Shown here piece after piece: positions 26,101 through 38,712 of a DNA stretch of 64,000 bases (position 1 is the first letter of the stretch; each line of letters opens with the position of its first letter). This stretch comes from Ramazzottius varieornatus (Eukaryota; Animalia; Tardigrada): the NCBI GenBank assembly GCA_001949185.1, contig BDGG01000010.1, forward strand, positions 349,337 to 413,336, given 5' to 3'. A program made the translations under genes and the position numbers. The notes under the pieces are model-generated. The model had not been told where the DNA came from and searched no databases. It saw only the letters and a program-made list of their open reading frames with translations.

Positions 26101-27821
26101 GACATGCCGAAATGACGGGAAGGAGCACGTCCAGCAACGGAGGTGTTGGTCACCGGAGAGTCTCTGCGAAATTCACAGTACGTGAGATACTGCATTTCAC
26201 AAAGAAATCTTCACTCTACATTTAATGCAAACAAGAACAGTACTCGCCTGCGGCTCGCTCTTGACTACGGGGGGTTGAAGTTTTCGTGGGGTGTCGTGGT
26301 CAGTTTATGATCTTTCCGTAGGGCACCCGAGAGCCGCTCTTTTGCGCCAGTACCGTACACTCGTTTGAACGGACAATATTTGCAAACCCTTCCCCAGCCA
26401 AACTTTTTCACAACTGCAATCTAGTACTTTCTCACAAAAAACGAGACCACACGAAATTAGAATCAAAAGAGATGATGAGCGAGTCCCTGCGCTCCATTCT
26501 TCGCCTATCTTTTACGCACGGTTGACCGTCTCACAAAGCTAGATACCGCAGCATGAAAGCATTACCAGCTGTCAAACGGCCTTTCGTTCCTCGCGCGAGC
26601 AATTTGTTTTAGTATATCCAGAAACAAACGCACGAATACCAGGGTTTTCGTCAACTTGCTCAGGTAATGTTTTGCACATTTCTTCTGCAGAGCTCATAGT
26701 GATTGCGCACTCAACCACGAGATAAGGCATCATCGCCCAGCGTAATAAGCTGTCGGCAGTCAGCTGCTGGCCTAGCGTACACACTCCCAACCGGGCATCA
26801 TTTACTGAGCACGTGGTCGAGTGCGCGATAAGCTATGAGCACTACAGTAGCTTGCTAGTTTCAAACGACCTTCGCGTGATCTTGTGCGGTTTGGCACACT
26901 TCGTTGCCAATGTCATAAGTGAGTTCTAATTAGCTTTATTAATTGAAAGTAAGGAGATGTAAACTGATGTACGAGCAAGCACGTTTAGGCTTTCTTCGAA
27001 GAAACAAAAACTGGTCCCGTCCGAGCGTGTCGGGGATATAGTGTTCTGATTTCCGCTCAAACATTCCTTCTCAAAAGATCCACGACCTCGTCAGAAGCTT
27101 TTTTCGGATTATAATTTGTTCTCAAGACGTCCCACCGAGGTGCCAACTGCCCCTCTAACTGCATCGAAAATTCGATGAAGACTGCAACTTCAAATGTGAC
27201 TTTTACCACAATAAGAACTGTGTCTCTAACTGTGGCTTTTGCCACTTTCTGGATTATTTTGCCTTTAACTGCTGCTTTTCGTATCAAGATTCACTTGAGC
27301 TTTAAGCAGTCGGAACCGGAAATTACTTTTTCCGTTGCTGTATCAGAACTGGAAACTTCGTGTGATTTGACATCGCATCTTACCGAAAAGTCATTAATTA
27401 CGAAATTCATGGGGGTTTTGCAAAACCTTCCGGAGAAGTTACGCTAATCGGCTGGATCGCGTAGCGGATCTCAACCTCAGCCGATTGGAGTAAGGAATGG
27501 GAGGGGCCAAAGTCTTATGCTACTCAGATTTCTTTCGCTGCTCGAGTTCCGTATCAACCTCTCTATTGTCTGATCTGCGGAATTCAATGGAAAACCGGGA
27601 ACCGAGCTAGTTGTTGCTTTTGTTCCCATTGTTGGTTGTTCGCATTTCTAAATTCCAATTCTGGATATTCGAATAATAAATTCATCGATATTCAAAGTTC
27701 AAACCCCTCTGGCCAAAATTTCAAACTTTCCTCCGCAGTCAGCGGCAGTCTGTTCTCTCGCCGGAGTTTATCTCCAGAGGCTCCACTGATTCTGTAGGTT
27801 GGTTAAGGTGTTGCAGGCAGG

Positions 27822-30800
27822 ATGAAGAGGATCATTAAGCAACAGCGGGTGAGCGCCGTCGCCATATTGAAGACTAGCATAAACGGGACAAGACTTCCGG
27901 CGCTGGACAGCCTGCTCGCTCGTTCGGCGTCCTCCACTGCGACTCCCAAGAATTCCACCCAGCCCTTGCCAGCTCCCGGCGATAACATGAACATGCAGCT
28001 TCTGCAAAGAAGTATCGTTCCGACCATGCACTTTCAGCGCAGCTTGCCACGCTTGCCCATTCCGAAATTAGAGAAGACACTAGAACGATACTTGAAAGCA
28101 CAGAAGCCGCTTCTGACCAACGATGTTTTCCAGCAGACGTCGAAGATAGTGGCTGATTTTCAGACGAAAGACGCTCCAGGTACAGTTCAAGCGGATACTT
28201 ATAGACCGTATGTTCACGGAATGTATTGTTGCAGAATTGCACCAGACCTTACTGGCGCGAGACAGAGCGCAGAAGCATACCAGCTACATCTCCGAATGGT
28301 GGTTCGACATGTACCTTCGCTCTCGTGTCCCTCTGGTCCTGAACTTCAACCCTTTCATTGCTATGAATGACGATCCTGTGAAGGAAAAGATGCAGCAGGT
28401 ACGTAAGACGACGGAGTAAAAAGAAAGAACGAAATTTGCGAGTAATGCTGTGTAATACTGACTTGCTCGTGACGTCATTTGTTCGAATTTCTGGGTACGG
28501 GTTTGCCTGACGTCATGCGCGAATTGCTCCAGGCTCGCGCGACGGAAATGGTGTGAACTGTTAACGTTGTAGGCTGTTCGAGCTGCAGACTTGACATTCA
28601 GTGCTCTCCGCTTCCGGAATAGTTTGCAAGCCGGCCTGCTTGAACCTGACGTGTATCACATGGACCCGAAGAAGAGTGATAACCAGAAGTTTCGCAAGGT
28701 AATGAGGTAAGGTGATGAACGGACCGGAAGTCCATGTCCGTGGCCGGAAGTGGATACGGATTTGTCTTTCTCTCCTAGTATGCTGCCGCAGATGGTGTCT
28801 TGGTACGGAGCTTACCTGTACAAAGCTTTCCCCTTGGACATGAGCCAGTACATTCGTTTGTACAACTCTACAAGGATCCCGAGACAGGACAAAGACGAAC
28901 TCTACACTGATAACAATGCGAAGCACATAGCGGTTCTTTTCAAGGGGACCTTCTTCGCATTCGACGTCTACGATTCAAGCGGTAAAGCTGCTGGTTATAC
29001 AACGTTATTATATGTTCTGACTCGTTTGGAGAAAGAGTATGGTTTTAGGGAATATCCTACCGGCCGCGGAGATTCGCAAATGTCTGGAGCACATTCTTCG
29101 CACGAGCCATCACAATCGCCAAGACTCCATTGCCGTTCTGTCCGCAGCTGAACGGAACAACTGGGCTCAGCTGAGGCAACAGATGGTCAACGACGGCAAC
29201 GAAGCCATGTTGCGGAAGGTGGATTCCGCGCTGTTCGTCCTGTCGCTGGATGAGGATGGAATTCAAGACGTTAAGCAGTACTGCAAAAGCATGCTTCACG
29301 GGAACGGACTCAACCGGTTAGTGATTTTGAAACTAAACAACTCCTTGTTTTTTGTTCAGTTGGTGTTAATTACCGCACATTTACGTGAGCTTTTTTCAAC
29401 GGGACGTAAACGTCAAGCTGAACGCATTTGCAATCTTTCTGTAGGTGGTTTGATAAAAGTTTCTCCATGATCGTGGACAAAGCCGGTCGCGCGGCGGTTA
29501 ACTTCGAGCATGCGTGGGGTGATGGAGTGGCAGTACTTCGTTTTGTCAACGAGGTCCACAAGGATGCCGGCAACAATAACTTCACGCTGAGCTCGACAGG
29601 CAGCGGAAGTTTCGATCCAACCAGTCACGTTGAGCGCCTCGGTAAAATTTGCACGGCCCGTTTGCAGCGAATGTCTGTTTGTTTGCTGAATGTCTGTTGG
29701 TTTTTCAGATTTCGGGATTAGTGGACAAGTACGAGTGGAGGTTGATCGTGTGATGAAAGAGTTCCACAAGAAGGTCGATAGTTTAGATCTGAGCATTTTG
29801 GAGTATCCTGGCTTTGGCAAGGAAGAGATTAAGAAATTCAAGTTTTATCCCGACGGTATCATGCAGCTAGCATTCCAGGTGAGTGGAGGTTTCGTTTGTT
29901 ATTCTTCCAGTAAGCTATGCAACGAGAAAGTGACCGGAATATTTCTTTGTGTTTCTTCAGACGGCGTATTACAGGTTGAATGGAGGAAAAACCACAGCGA
30001 CTTACGAGTCATGCAGCACGGCGGCTTTCAAGCATGGTCGAACTGAGTGCATCCGATCAGCTACCAATTTAACGAAAGAGTTTTCAGAGAAGATCTGCGG
30101 ACCTTCGGCAAAACAAAACCAGGCGTCGACACCAGAGCTCCGCTCGTTGCTGAAAGCGTGCTGCGACTACCATGGACAACTAACCAAAGAAGCCGCCATG
30201 GGTAATTTCATTGTGTGGCCCTCAATCCAAACGTATAAGATCATCTTTCTCCATCTGGCGCACGCTTTTAGCGACTAATAACGAAAAACGTGTGCCACTT
30301 GAGCAACAATCCTTTTGAGTTTCTCCGAGTGGCGCATACTTCCAACCCATGACAGTGGAAACGTGCACCACTTGAAATGGCGATCTTGGGCGTTCCGTTT
30401 TCCCGGCCTTCTAATTCTTGTTCTAAAGAATGAAATGTAAAATTACAAGAAAATGAAAGAAATAGTATTGTAAAAAAAACAAGTCCACCAAGAAATACCC
30501 ATAGACAGAAGACGCAAGATGAAATGGGGTCTGATGAGATTTTTTCTTTCTGCAGGTCAGGGTTTCGACAGGCATCTCTTCGCTCTCCGGAAGATCGCCG
30601 AAGAAAGCGGTCGCTCTCTTCCCATCTTCCAAGATCCTTCTTACGCCGCCATCAACCACAACATCCTCTCAACTTCCACTCTTCAGAGTCCGGCCATCGC
30701 CGTTGGTGGCTTTGCTCCCGTGGTCGACGATGGTTTCGGTGTGGGCTACTCCTCCATGGACCACTCCATGGGCGTCGTGGCCTTCCACTATCCCTCTCGC

Positions 30801-30971
30801 AACGGCCACGACTTTGTCGAAGCAGTCCGTGCCAGCTTTGACGACATGCTGGCCATCATCCAGGACTCGGCTACTCGGGTTGATGGTGAAAGGAAGGCGG
30901 AAAAGACCGAGGCTTCGGCGAAGAGACCACTCGACGCGCCGCAGAAGATTCCGCCCTCCCAAGCGGCTTAG
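27822..30971 (+). CDS. CPT2: Carnitine O-palmitoyltransferase 2, mitochondrial, multi-exon
   Basis: [87 protein letters not shown] and HNILSTSTL. Confidence 0.96.
30223..30405. repeat. Intronic double-hairpin cassette in the last CPT2 intron
   Basis: Units at 30255 (26-nt spacer) and 30329 (25-nt spacer). Outer ends are degenerate. Confidence 0.75.
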
Positions 30972-31058
30972 GTTCGTTTGTCTGTTTTATTTTCATTCTA
31001 TTCTGATTTCTTGCTCTGTTTTGACTAGGTTAACTTCTCTCAGTCCATTGTCTATCAT

Positions 31059-32546
31059 TTAGTCGCAGGTTCGGTGTGAGCCATATTTCGCACCCAGTTC
31101 TTTCTTGAAGGCAGAGTACAGTTGCCGATTGCGCGCATTTTCTTTGGTTTTGCTTTTATGGAAACCTTCCTTTGTTTTGTACCCACCATGCACTACGAAA
31201 GCCCGGTCCAGCACTGAGAATCTGTAGCCTGTCATGTGCATTTCACAAGCCTAAAACAAACCCACAAACTAATTTATTTTTGACTTTCTGTTTGCTGAAG
31301 ACAGTTTTCACCTGGCTGATTCGATTGAATCCGTACTGTTGGAACCGCGCATCGTACATGGGTGCAGAATTCTTCGTGATGTAGAACGGCTCCCATGGAT
31401 CGATCCATTCAACGTTGTAAGCGACTTGTAGAGGAGCAGTGTCGGGAGACTCTAGTGTAGTCCATCGTCCGTAGTTCGTGGGCTGCTGACACGGCCAGCA
31501 GACTTCGAAGTAGAAAGGCCGAACTCGCATTCGAACGAGCAGAACCAGCAGCTCGCTCTTGGTGGAAGGGTACTCGACTTCTCGGTCAGAGGAGGAAGTG
31601 GCTAACTCGAAAGCTGGAAGAACGTAAGCAAGTTTGCTGCCTGATTCGAGCGAAAGTTGGTTATGGAGGAAAGCCAGGAAGTCGCGATGAAGATTGATGT
31701 TCGGCGTCATGTCGATGTCCAGTACGAGAACGTAATCTGCCTTGACGTATTTCCGGCCAACGTTCCGGAGGAGGTTGTTGGGGTAAGGCACGGAGAGCGC
31801 GTAGTTGTCAGGCTTCTCGACTTCCGGATGGGAAAAACTGTCAATCAAAAACATTTATATCAGTCAGTCGACGCGAAGTCGCCAGTGGTCAGCTGGATAA
31901 CATAACCTCATATGCGCAGCAACTCAATGCATGCACCATGGCGGCGCACTTGTGCGCAGCGCCGACTCCGCCCATGTACACAAAAAGTGCAATCATTGAT
32001 TACTTGATTTTGTTTTGGTTTGGTTTACCTTTTCACAAACTTCGAACATTCCTCAGCGTCCACTTCCGAATACACAAGTGACTTCCCCGAAGGCCTGACA
32101 TCGGATAGCGTCACGATATGGAAGGTAACGAAGCGCCAAACAACCTTGTCGCACGCTCGAAGACGAGAGATCTTTTTCACTACGCTAGAAAATATCTGTA
32201 CAGTTGGAGTGAAGACGGCGAGCGAGATGGGCGCTTCCCAACGCAGCGCTAAGGCAGGCAGTCGCTCCAAATGGGCGCTGGTGGTATGGGAAACCAAAAT
32301 CAACGTTTCATTAAGCGCGGACGAGCCTGGAGAAAACATACGGGGGTAGACAAGGTAGCCGTCCAGTTCTTCGACAACGAAGGGATTTGTTAAGAGGCTT
32401 CTGTCGGGAGCAGTCACTCTGTCCAGGCCGAGCTTTTCTCGGAGCTTCCTTGCACCTAAAAGCAAATACAGAGCGATACATACGAACAAAATTGCTAAGA
32501 CTATCCTGGTCAATAGCACAAGATTCCGACGATGGGCATGTCGCAT
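31059..32546 (-). CDS. B4GAT1: Beta-1,4-glucuronyltransferase 1 (GT49 family), 3 exons
   Basis: N-terminal TM helix, RWEAPISLAVF, YPNNLLRNVGR, VLVLDIDM, YVLPAFE, WEPFYI and YDARFQQYGFNRISQACEMH. Confidence 0.9.
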
Positions 32547-33594
32547 CTTTGGAAGCCAGAAGTCGGAATAAAAATCGATAAAACTTCCGGTTTCACTTTC
32601 ACTTTACGTACCTCCCGAAGTGGCGCAGGCGCGCACCATCACGTCAGGCGTGACCTTTGACAGTCACCCAAGGGCTGAGGCAAGTTACCGAACCGCACCG
32701 GTCCGTCCAATCCGCAATCGGCGCCGCTAGACGGCTGAACAAGTGCGAGATTGCGATGTTCTCCCCAGGCTGATCTGATAGCGGTTGATTTACCTTGATC
32801 GATTGGCCACTTTGCGCACCTGTCAATTAATTCAATTTTATGGGATCTCCATTCGGATTTCGGTATCTTTCTATTGGGATCTTTTCTTCCGGATCTTCAC
32901 CGCATCCAAAAGATATCTTTGTTTATCCGGACTGACACGCCATCGTACCCGTGGGATCTGGAAGACTGGAACCACCTGTGGACTGTCCAGTAAGTTTGGA
33001 TTTATGTTGCCATACCAGCTGAACTTGTGCGCCATATTCTCTCTCATGTCTCTTTGTTGTGGATCTTCTTATAGTCACTATCCGACTTCTTTCTAATCCT
33101 TTACGTATGAAACTGTGCTTCCATCTCGTTCCAGAAATCAAGAAAGGCGTCTGGTGATACCCGGAATTTCGAAACGTCGTTTCGTCTTGGGATCTAAGTG
33201 GGAAAAGTTCGAACGGCCATTATCGAAACTGTCGGAATGATCTACAAGTTGATGGAAGCTTCCATCGTTTTTGTCATCTGTAATGTCTAATAAGGTAGGC
33301 CCCCAGTCTGGAATTCTGTTCAGCGTTTAAGGTGATCCAGGCAAGTTCAGGCAGAGAGATCTCGAAGTCTATGGCCGGTCAACTTGCTCCCGTCGTTCAT
33401 TCCCGAACCGAGCGATAACTGCAGTTTCGCAAGCATGTTGCTGCTTGCATCAAGACGCAGAACGCTAGAAAAAAGCTGAAAAGCCAAGGCTTTGATTTCT
33501 GAGAAATTTTGGTGAAAAAGGTTCGAAATCAGAGTGGAAGATGGCGTGGAGGTTAATAGGCCCTGCGAACTCTTACCCGAAATAAACAGAGGTC

Positions 33595-33660
33595 AGCGCA
33601 TGACGTCATTAAGTACCGGAGGTGATTCAGGTGTTTCATGCACGTGGTCACGTGTACGCA
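33595..33660. promoter_or_regulatory. CRE plus tandem E-box cluster upstream of PTB
   Basis: TGACGTCA at 33601 followed by CACGTGGTCACGTG, in the divergent B4GAT1/PTB intergenic region. Function is inferred. Confidence 0.35.
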
Positions 33661-34529
33661 GTGATCTAGATGCGCCAGCAAAGCAGGATAGAGTCAGGTG
33701 GCGGGTGGTACTGTAGTGGCGACGGTTTCAGGCGGTATGGAACCCGGTTGGAAAACAGGTTTGGTGGTCATGAAATCGTCACGTTCATTGATGTGAACGA
33801 ATTCGGAATTATTTCTCGGCGGGGCTGCACCACCGAAAGATTGTTTGCACTGTTTTTGACATTGAGCTCCTTCAAGTTTCAGCTTCAATTTTCAACACAT
33901 GTGCAGCATTTCAAACAAGCTTGACTCTTTGCCTGGGTAAAGTTCCTTTGCAGCAAGCAGCATGTGTTGTGTGGCATAGTTGGCTTTTCTAAATTGTGCT
34001 GTCCTTCATCTCTTGTCGACTCTTCATCCTGCTGGCCAGCGCTAGCCACTCGTTTCTTCTCCACTCTCACTTGTGTGCAGCCACCTTGAACTCTTTGCCT
34101 GACTATCGTGTCCGTACACCTGAGCTGCTCTCTCTCTCTCTCTGTAGGCTAAAGGAATCCGGTTGCTCATTTTCTCTACTCTACTGACTTCATGCTAGTT
34201 TAGTAGCACACAGTCCACCATGTGAAACCACTTGCATCTCGGAGAAAACCTTCGTCTTCACTGTCCTGATTTTCCTCGCTCGTTTCCAGCTACTTTTCTC
34301 CCTCCGTGAGCTCTTCTTCCTTCCTGTTACTATCGCTTTGCTGCTTTCCGTTTCTTCTTCAAATCTTCTTGAAGTTTTAGCTTTCACCACCACAGAAGAG
34401 TGAGTTCGAAGCATCTCGCGCAGAAGCTCCACATAACAGTGTGATATCCGGTTGATATTGTGGACTAATAGTCTCTCTGTTGATTTGTAGAGAGACTGGG
34501 ACAGTGCGAACTATCAAGAGTTGGAAAAT

Positions 34530-37500
34530 ATGAATGGTCTCTTGACATCGCCAATGTCGACCTCTGGAACCACCACGACGACAGGAGCCACCAACGGCGT
34601 TGTGAGCAATCACTCTTCCATGATGAATAGCAATAACCATCATAACGGCACATCAACTAACGATTCAGAGCAGCTGAAGAAGGTCAGTCCCAGAAAAACT
34701 GACATGTAGCGTAAGATAGGTCCGTTGCTAAATATCTCTAAAAGTCATGCTTCTCCATCCTGTGTGCTCGTGATTGGGTATGCTGTGCAATGTAGTGGAA
34801 AGCGTGGCTGAAGATGGCCTTTTCCGGTCGGGTTCGCTAATGTTGAGTTTTGCGTTTCCAGGCCAGACTGGACTGTGACGGGATTTTACGCGATAGTCCA
34901 GGTGATAGTTCGAGCAACAGCTCGTATCTAAACCACAACAGTCCGGGGAGTAACGGCGGAGGCGACGCCGGAGAACGAATGCCCAATGGTGGAAGCAGTA
35001 TTCAGACACTAGGCTACATCAATGGCACCATGTCACCTTCGTCGAATATCCTAACTTCCCATCCCAGAATGAGTAACGGCATGCAGCGACAGAACTCGAA
35101 CTCCTCCACCTCAAATGGCGCCAATAACCGTACTGGCTCGACTAACCAGCACAATGTCAACTCACCTTCTAGAGTCGTGCATATACGGGGCATCCCGTTG
35201 GAGGCACATGAAGAGGACATAATGGCACTAGGTGCACCTTTCGGGAGGATCTCGAATGTGCTGCTTCTTAAAGGCAAAAACCAGGTATAAGACACAATCT
35301 TTCAGTCGAATATCGTTCGATACTCTATCCTTACATTTTTCACAGGCTTTTCTGGAGATGGCCGAAGAATCCGCGGCCATTGCAATGGTCAGCAGTTACA
35401 ATTCGGGCCAGCCTTGCTTGATCAAGAGCCGACCTGTCTGGATTCAGTATTCTTCGCACAAGGAACTCAAGACGGACAATGCTTCTTCCAATAACGTAAG
35501 TTTCTGAGTTGTCCCAAACAGACTATGATGAGAGCTCGGCAAACAAAATCGACCAGTTCTTTTCCCTAAGTGGCGCATATTTCCAGTGTGATTAGCTGAA
35601 CGCGTGCGCCATCTGGAAAACTCGACCAGATCGCATTTCCAAGTAGCGCAATTTGTGAATGATTTAGACTGGGAGCATCCGCTACTTCGGGAAATCGATC
35701 TGGTCGAGTGTTTTTGCCGAGCTCGCAGGTAAAGCGTCGAGGATTTGAAGTTTAATCATTGGGCTTTTTGACTGTAGTCTATTCGGACGCAGGCGGTTCT
35801 CAAGTCAGCCATGCCTGTCATGATGGTCCAGCAACAGTCGCAACACCTCTTGACCGGTAACGGTTCGTCGCAGAACGTTTCCGGACAGGGGAATGGTTTG
35901 CCATTGGATGTGGGGCAGAATGGGGGCAGTAACAGCAGTGGATCGTATGGCGGAATCAACACGATTCTTCGTGTCGTGGTAGAGAACGCGATGTACCCAG
36001 TCTCACTCGATGTTCTCCATGGTGTAAGTTTTTCCTCTCGGACTTCCTTGTTAGATATCTGATGGATTTTTGTCTAAAGATTTTTGGACGCTTCGGGAAG
36101 GTTCTGAAAATCATCATCTTCACCAAGAATCGTAAGAATGTGCTTGAGCAATAGGCAGAATACAAAGAACTTAACGATGCTTGTTTAACCGCGATATTTT
36201 TGCAGATCAGTTTCAAGTGCTGATACAGTACATGGATCGTCAGTCGGCTTCTGCTGCCAAACAGGTATGTACAAGCAAGCATCTGGAGTGATACGAAGAG
36301 GCATTTGTTTGTTCGCTCGGTTTTCTTCCCTTAAATCGCAGGAGGCTGGAAAGTTCTGACTAGTCGTTTTAAAACTGAAATATGACTGCCCGTTTCTTGG
36401 TGTAATCTGCGAGCTCATCGGTTGGTTCTGAAAGAAGTCCTAGCTGATTTCCTTGATGGACATTCAAAGAACCCACGAGAAGTTACATGTTGAGCGAACT
36501 GCATACAATGGTTGTTGTTTGACAGAACTTAGACGGGCAGAATATCTACACGGGCTGCTGCACCCTGCGCATTGACTATTCACGGTTGGATAACCTGCGA
36601 GTGACCTACAACAACGACAAGAGCCGCGACTTCACCAACCCCAACTTGCCCAGCGGCGAGAACAGCTCCAGCTCTTCCATGCACAACGCCATGGGCCTCC
36701 AAGACTCCTTGGCCGCTTCCGCTCTCCATCCATTCCAACGTGAGTCTCCTTTCCCTTCTTTCCTGATCAAAATTCTCCATTGAATGCTTTTGTAGTCGGC
36801 CCCGGAGGTGGAATGAGCCATTCAGCGGCGGCTGCAGCCTCTCTGCAGGCGGCTTCGCTTCTTCATGGATTCCACAATGGCGGAAATGGCAACCATAATG
36901 CCCTGGCGTCCATGGGCCAGAATGCTCAGGTGACTGCACAAGCTGTCTACAACGCTTCCATCTTGCAAGGTACGAAATTGATACCCGAAAGGATACTTTG
37001 ATAGAAAACTGGGACATTGGCAAACAAACTCGACAAGTTAGTTTCTCAAGTGGCGCACGCTTCCAGCCGAAAACACAGGAAAGGTGCACCACTTGAGCAG
37101 ACAGTTTTGTCCGGTCTTCCAAGTGGCGCACGCTTCCAGCCAACAACACTGGAAAGGTGGGCCACTTGAGCGAACACACTCGTAGAGTTTGTCTGACGAG
37201 CTTCCGATTGTCTCATGGGTCTTTGAACTTCGTGCTGTCTTACAGCTTTGTTATCTGTTGGCTTTTCTTTACAGCTGGATTGGCGGCTGGAGCTTTCGGT
37301 ACTCGTCAGCCGTTCGTGGGGACCAATGGCCATATGAATGGATCTGGTATGCCAGGAGGAGCTGTACTTTTGGTCAGCAAGTTCGACGAGGAGGTACTTT
37401 TTATTTCCTTGTTTCACGTGACAATTTCAGCTTTCATTTCAAGCAGTCTTCAACCGATCATGTTATCTATGCGCTTGTTTGAGTTTTACACGGCTGAAGT

Positions 37501-38712
37501 TGCTCTTGGCTGCGGAAGCTGTGTTCTGTAGGTCTTCTGACTCTGACGCTATGTTGTTTTTCTTTCTTTTGTGCAGTTGGTCACACCTGATGCCCTCTTT
37601 ACCCTCTTCGGTACGTCCATTTTGATTTTACTCTCAACGCTTCATTTCCTCTGCGCCATCACGCACTAATTCATCGGCTCATCTACGTTTCATCAAACTA
37701 ATTCTACTCTCTAGCTTCCCTCTTTAAATTCCTAACGCTTCCGTCCTTGCGAGAAGTTCGAGCACTTTCTTCCTCATTAAACCTAATGTGATACGGTGTC
37801 TTTTTGGTTTGCAGGAGTGTATGGCGATGTGACGCGGGTGAAGATTTTGTACAACAAGAAGGATACTGCGCTGGTGCAGATGGCCGATCCGCGCGGAGCT
37901 CAACTGGGTAAGTGAAGCTTGCCTGGCAGAAGAATGATATCAGTAATAAGTTTGGTTCTCTTTCTGTAGCAATCATGCATCTGGACCGTCTGAAGCTGTA
38001 CGGTAAACAGATGAAAGTCAGCATGTCCAAACATAACGAAGTGCAGATGCCCAAGGAAGGTTCAGGATCTGATTCGGGCTTGACCAAAGAGTACATCAAC
38101 TCGCCGCTGCACCGCTTCAAGAAACCCGGCTCCAAGAACTACGCCAACATCTACCCCCCTTCCGAAACCCTCCATCTCTCTAACATTCCGTAAGTTCTTT
38201 CCTCCCTTTTACATCCATTTCTCGCTCATAAAGAGACTTTTCAGGCCTGGCATGTCCGAAGAAGAAATCGTACAGACCTTCGTCAAGAACGGTTACACTC
38301 CCAAACAGATTAAGTTCTTCCCGTAAGAAGACCATCCCAGTACCAGTACGTTAAATGTACGGTTTGAGAGCGCTTGTTTACGATCTTTCGGTTGTAGGAA
38401 GGACCATAAGATGGCACTGGCCTTGATGGAGACTACGGAACAAGCCGTAGAAGCTCTCATCGTACGTACTATAAATCATTTCACCGAGATCGTTATATCG
38501 AGTGGCGCACGTTTACATTGTCAGTGGACGAGAGTGTGTGCCACTTGAGAAAAAAACCGATCTGGGTCAAGTCATTTGCCCCGTTTTAATCTTGCTTTTG
38601 CTCATCTGTGTTTTGTGCGGCTTTTCTGTAGAAACTGCACAATTTGCAACTGAACTGCAATACGCACCTGCGTGTTTCTTTCTCGTCAAGAAGGATCAAC
38701 GATGTTAACTGA
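34530..38712 (+). CDS. PTBP1: Polypyrimidine tract-binding protein (hephaestus/PTBP ortholog), 4 RRMs, multi-exon
   Basis: [11 protein letters not shown]...[96 protein letters not shown] and HLRVSFS. Confidence 0.96.
35537..35719. repeat. Intronic double-hairpin cassette in a PTB intron
   Basis: Units at 35570 and 35643. Outer inverted ends CGGCAAACAAAATCGACCAG...CTGGTCGAGTGTTTTTGCCG. Confidence 0.85.
37018..37198. repeat. Intronic double-hairpin cassette in a PTB intron
   Basis: Units at 37050 and 37123. Outer ends GGCAAACAAACTCGAC...GTAGAGTTTGTCTGACG. Confidence 0.85.
38470..38580. repeat. Single N25 hairpin cassette in the last PTB intron
   Basis: GAGTGGCGCAC-N25-GTGTGCCACTTG starting at 38502, flanked by AGATCG/CGATCT. 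Confidence 0.75.

Noticed and set aside
27057-27447. ORFs with weak internal periodicity between the helicase pseudogene and CPT2
   Set aside because: No domain or splice support, and the repeat unit is too degenerate to define.
32860-33200. Recurrent GGATCT motifs upstream of B4GAT1
   Set aside because: No regular period or termini could be established by eye.
15551-38545. CRISPR-like reading of the arm-spacer-arm modules
   Set aside because: The context is eukaryotic introns, the repeats are inverted and dispersed rather than a direct-repeat array, and no cas genes are present.
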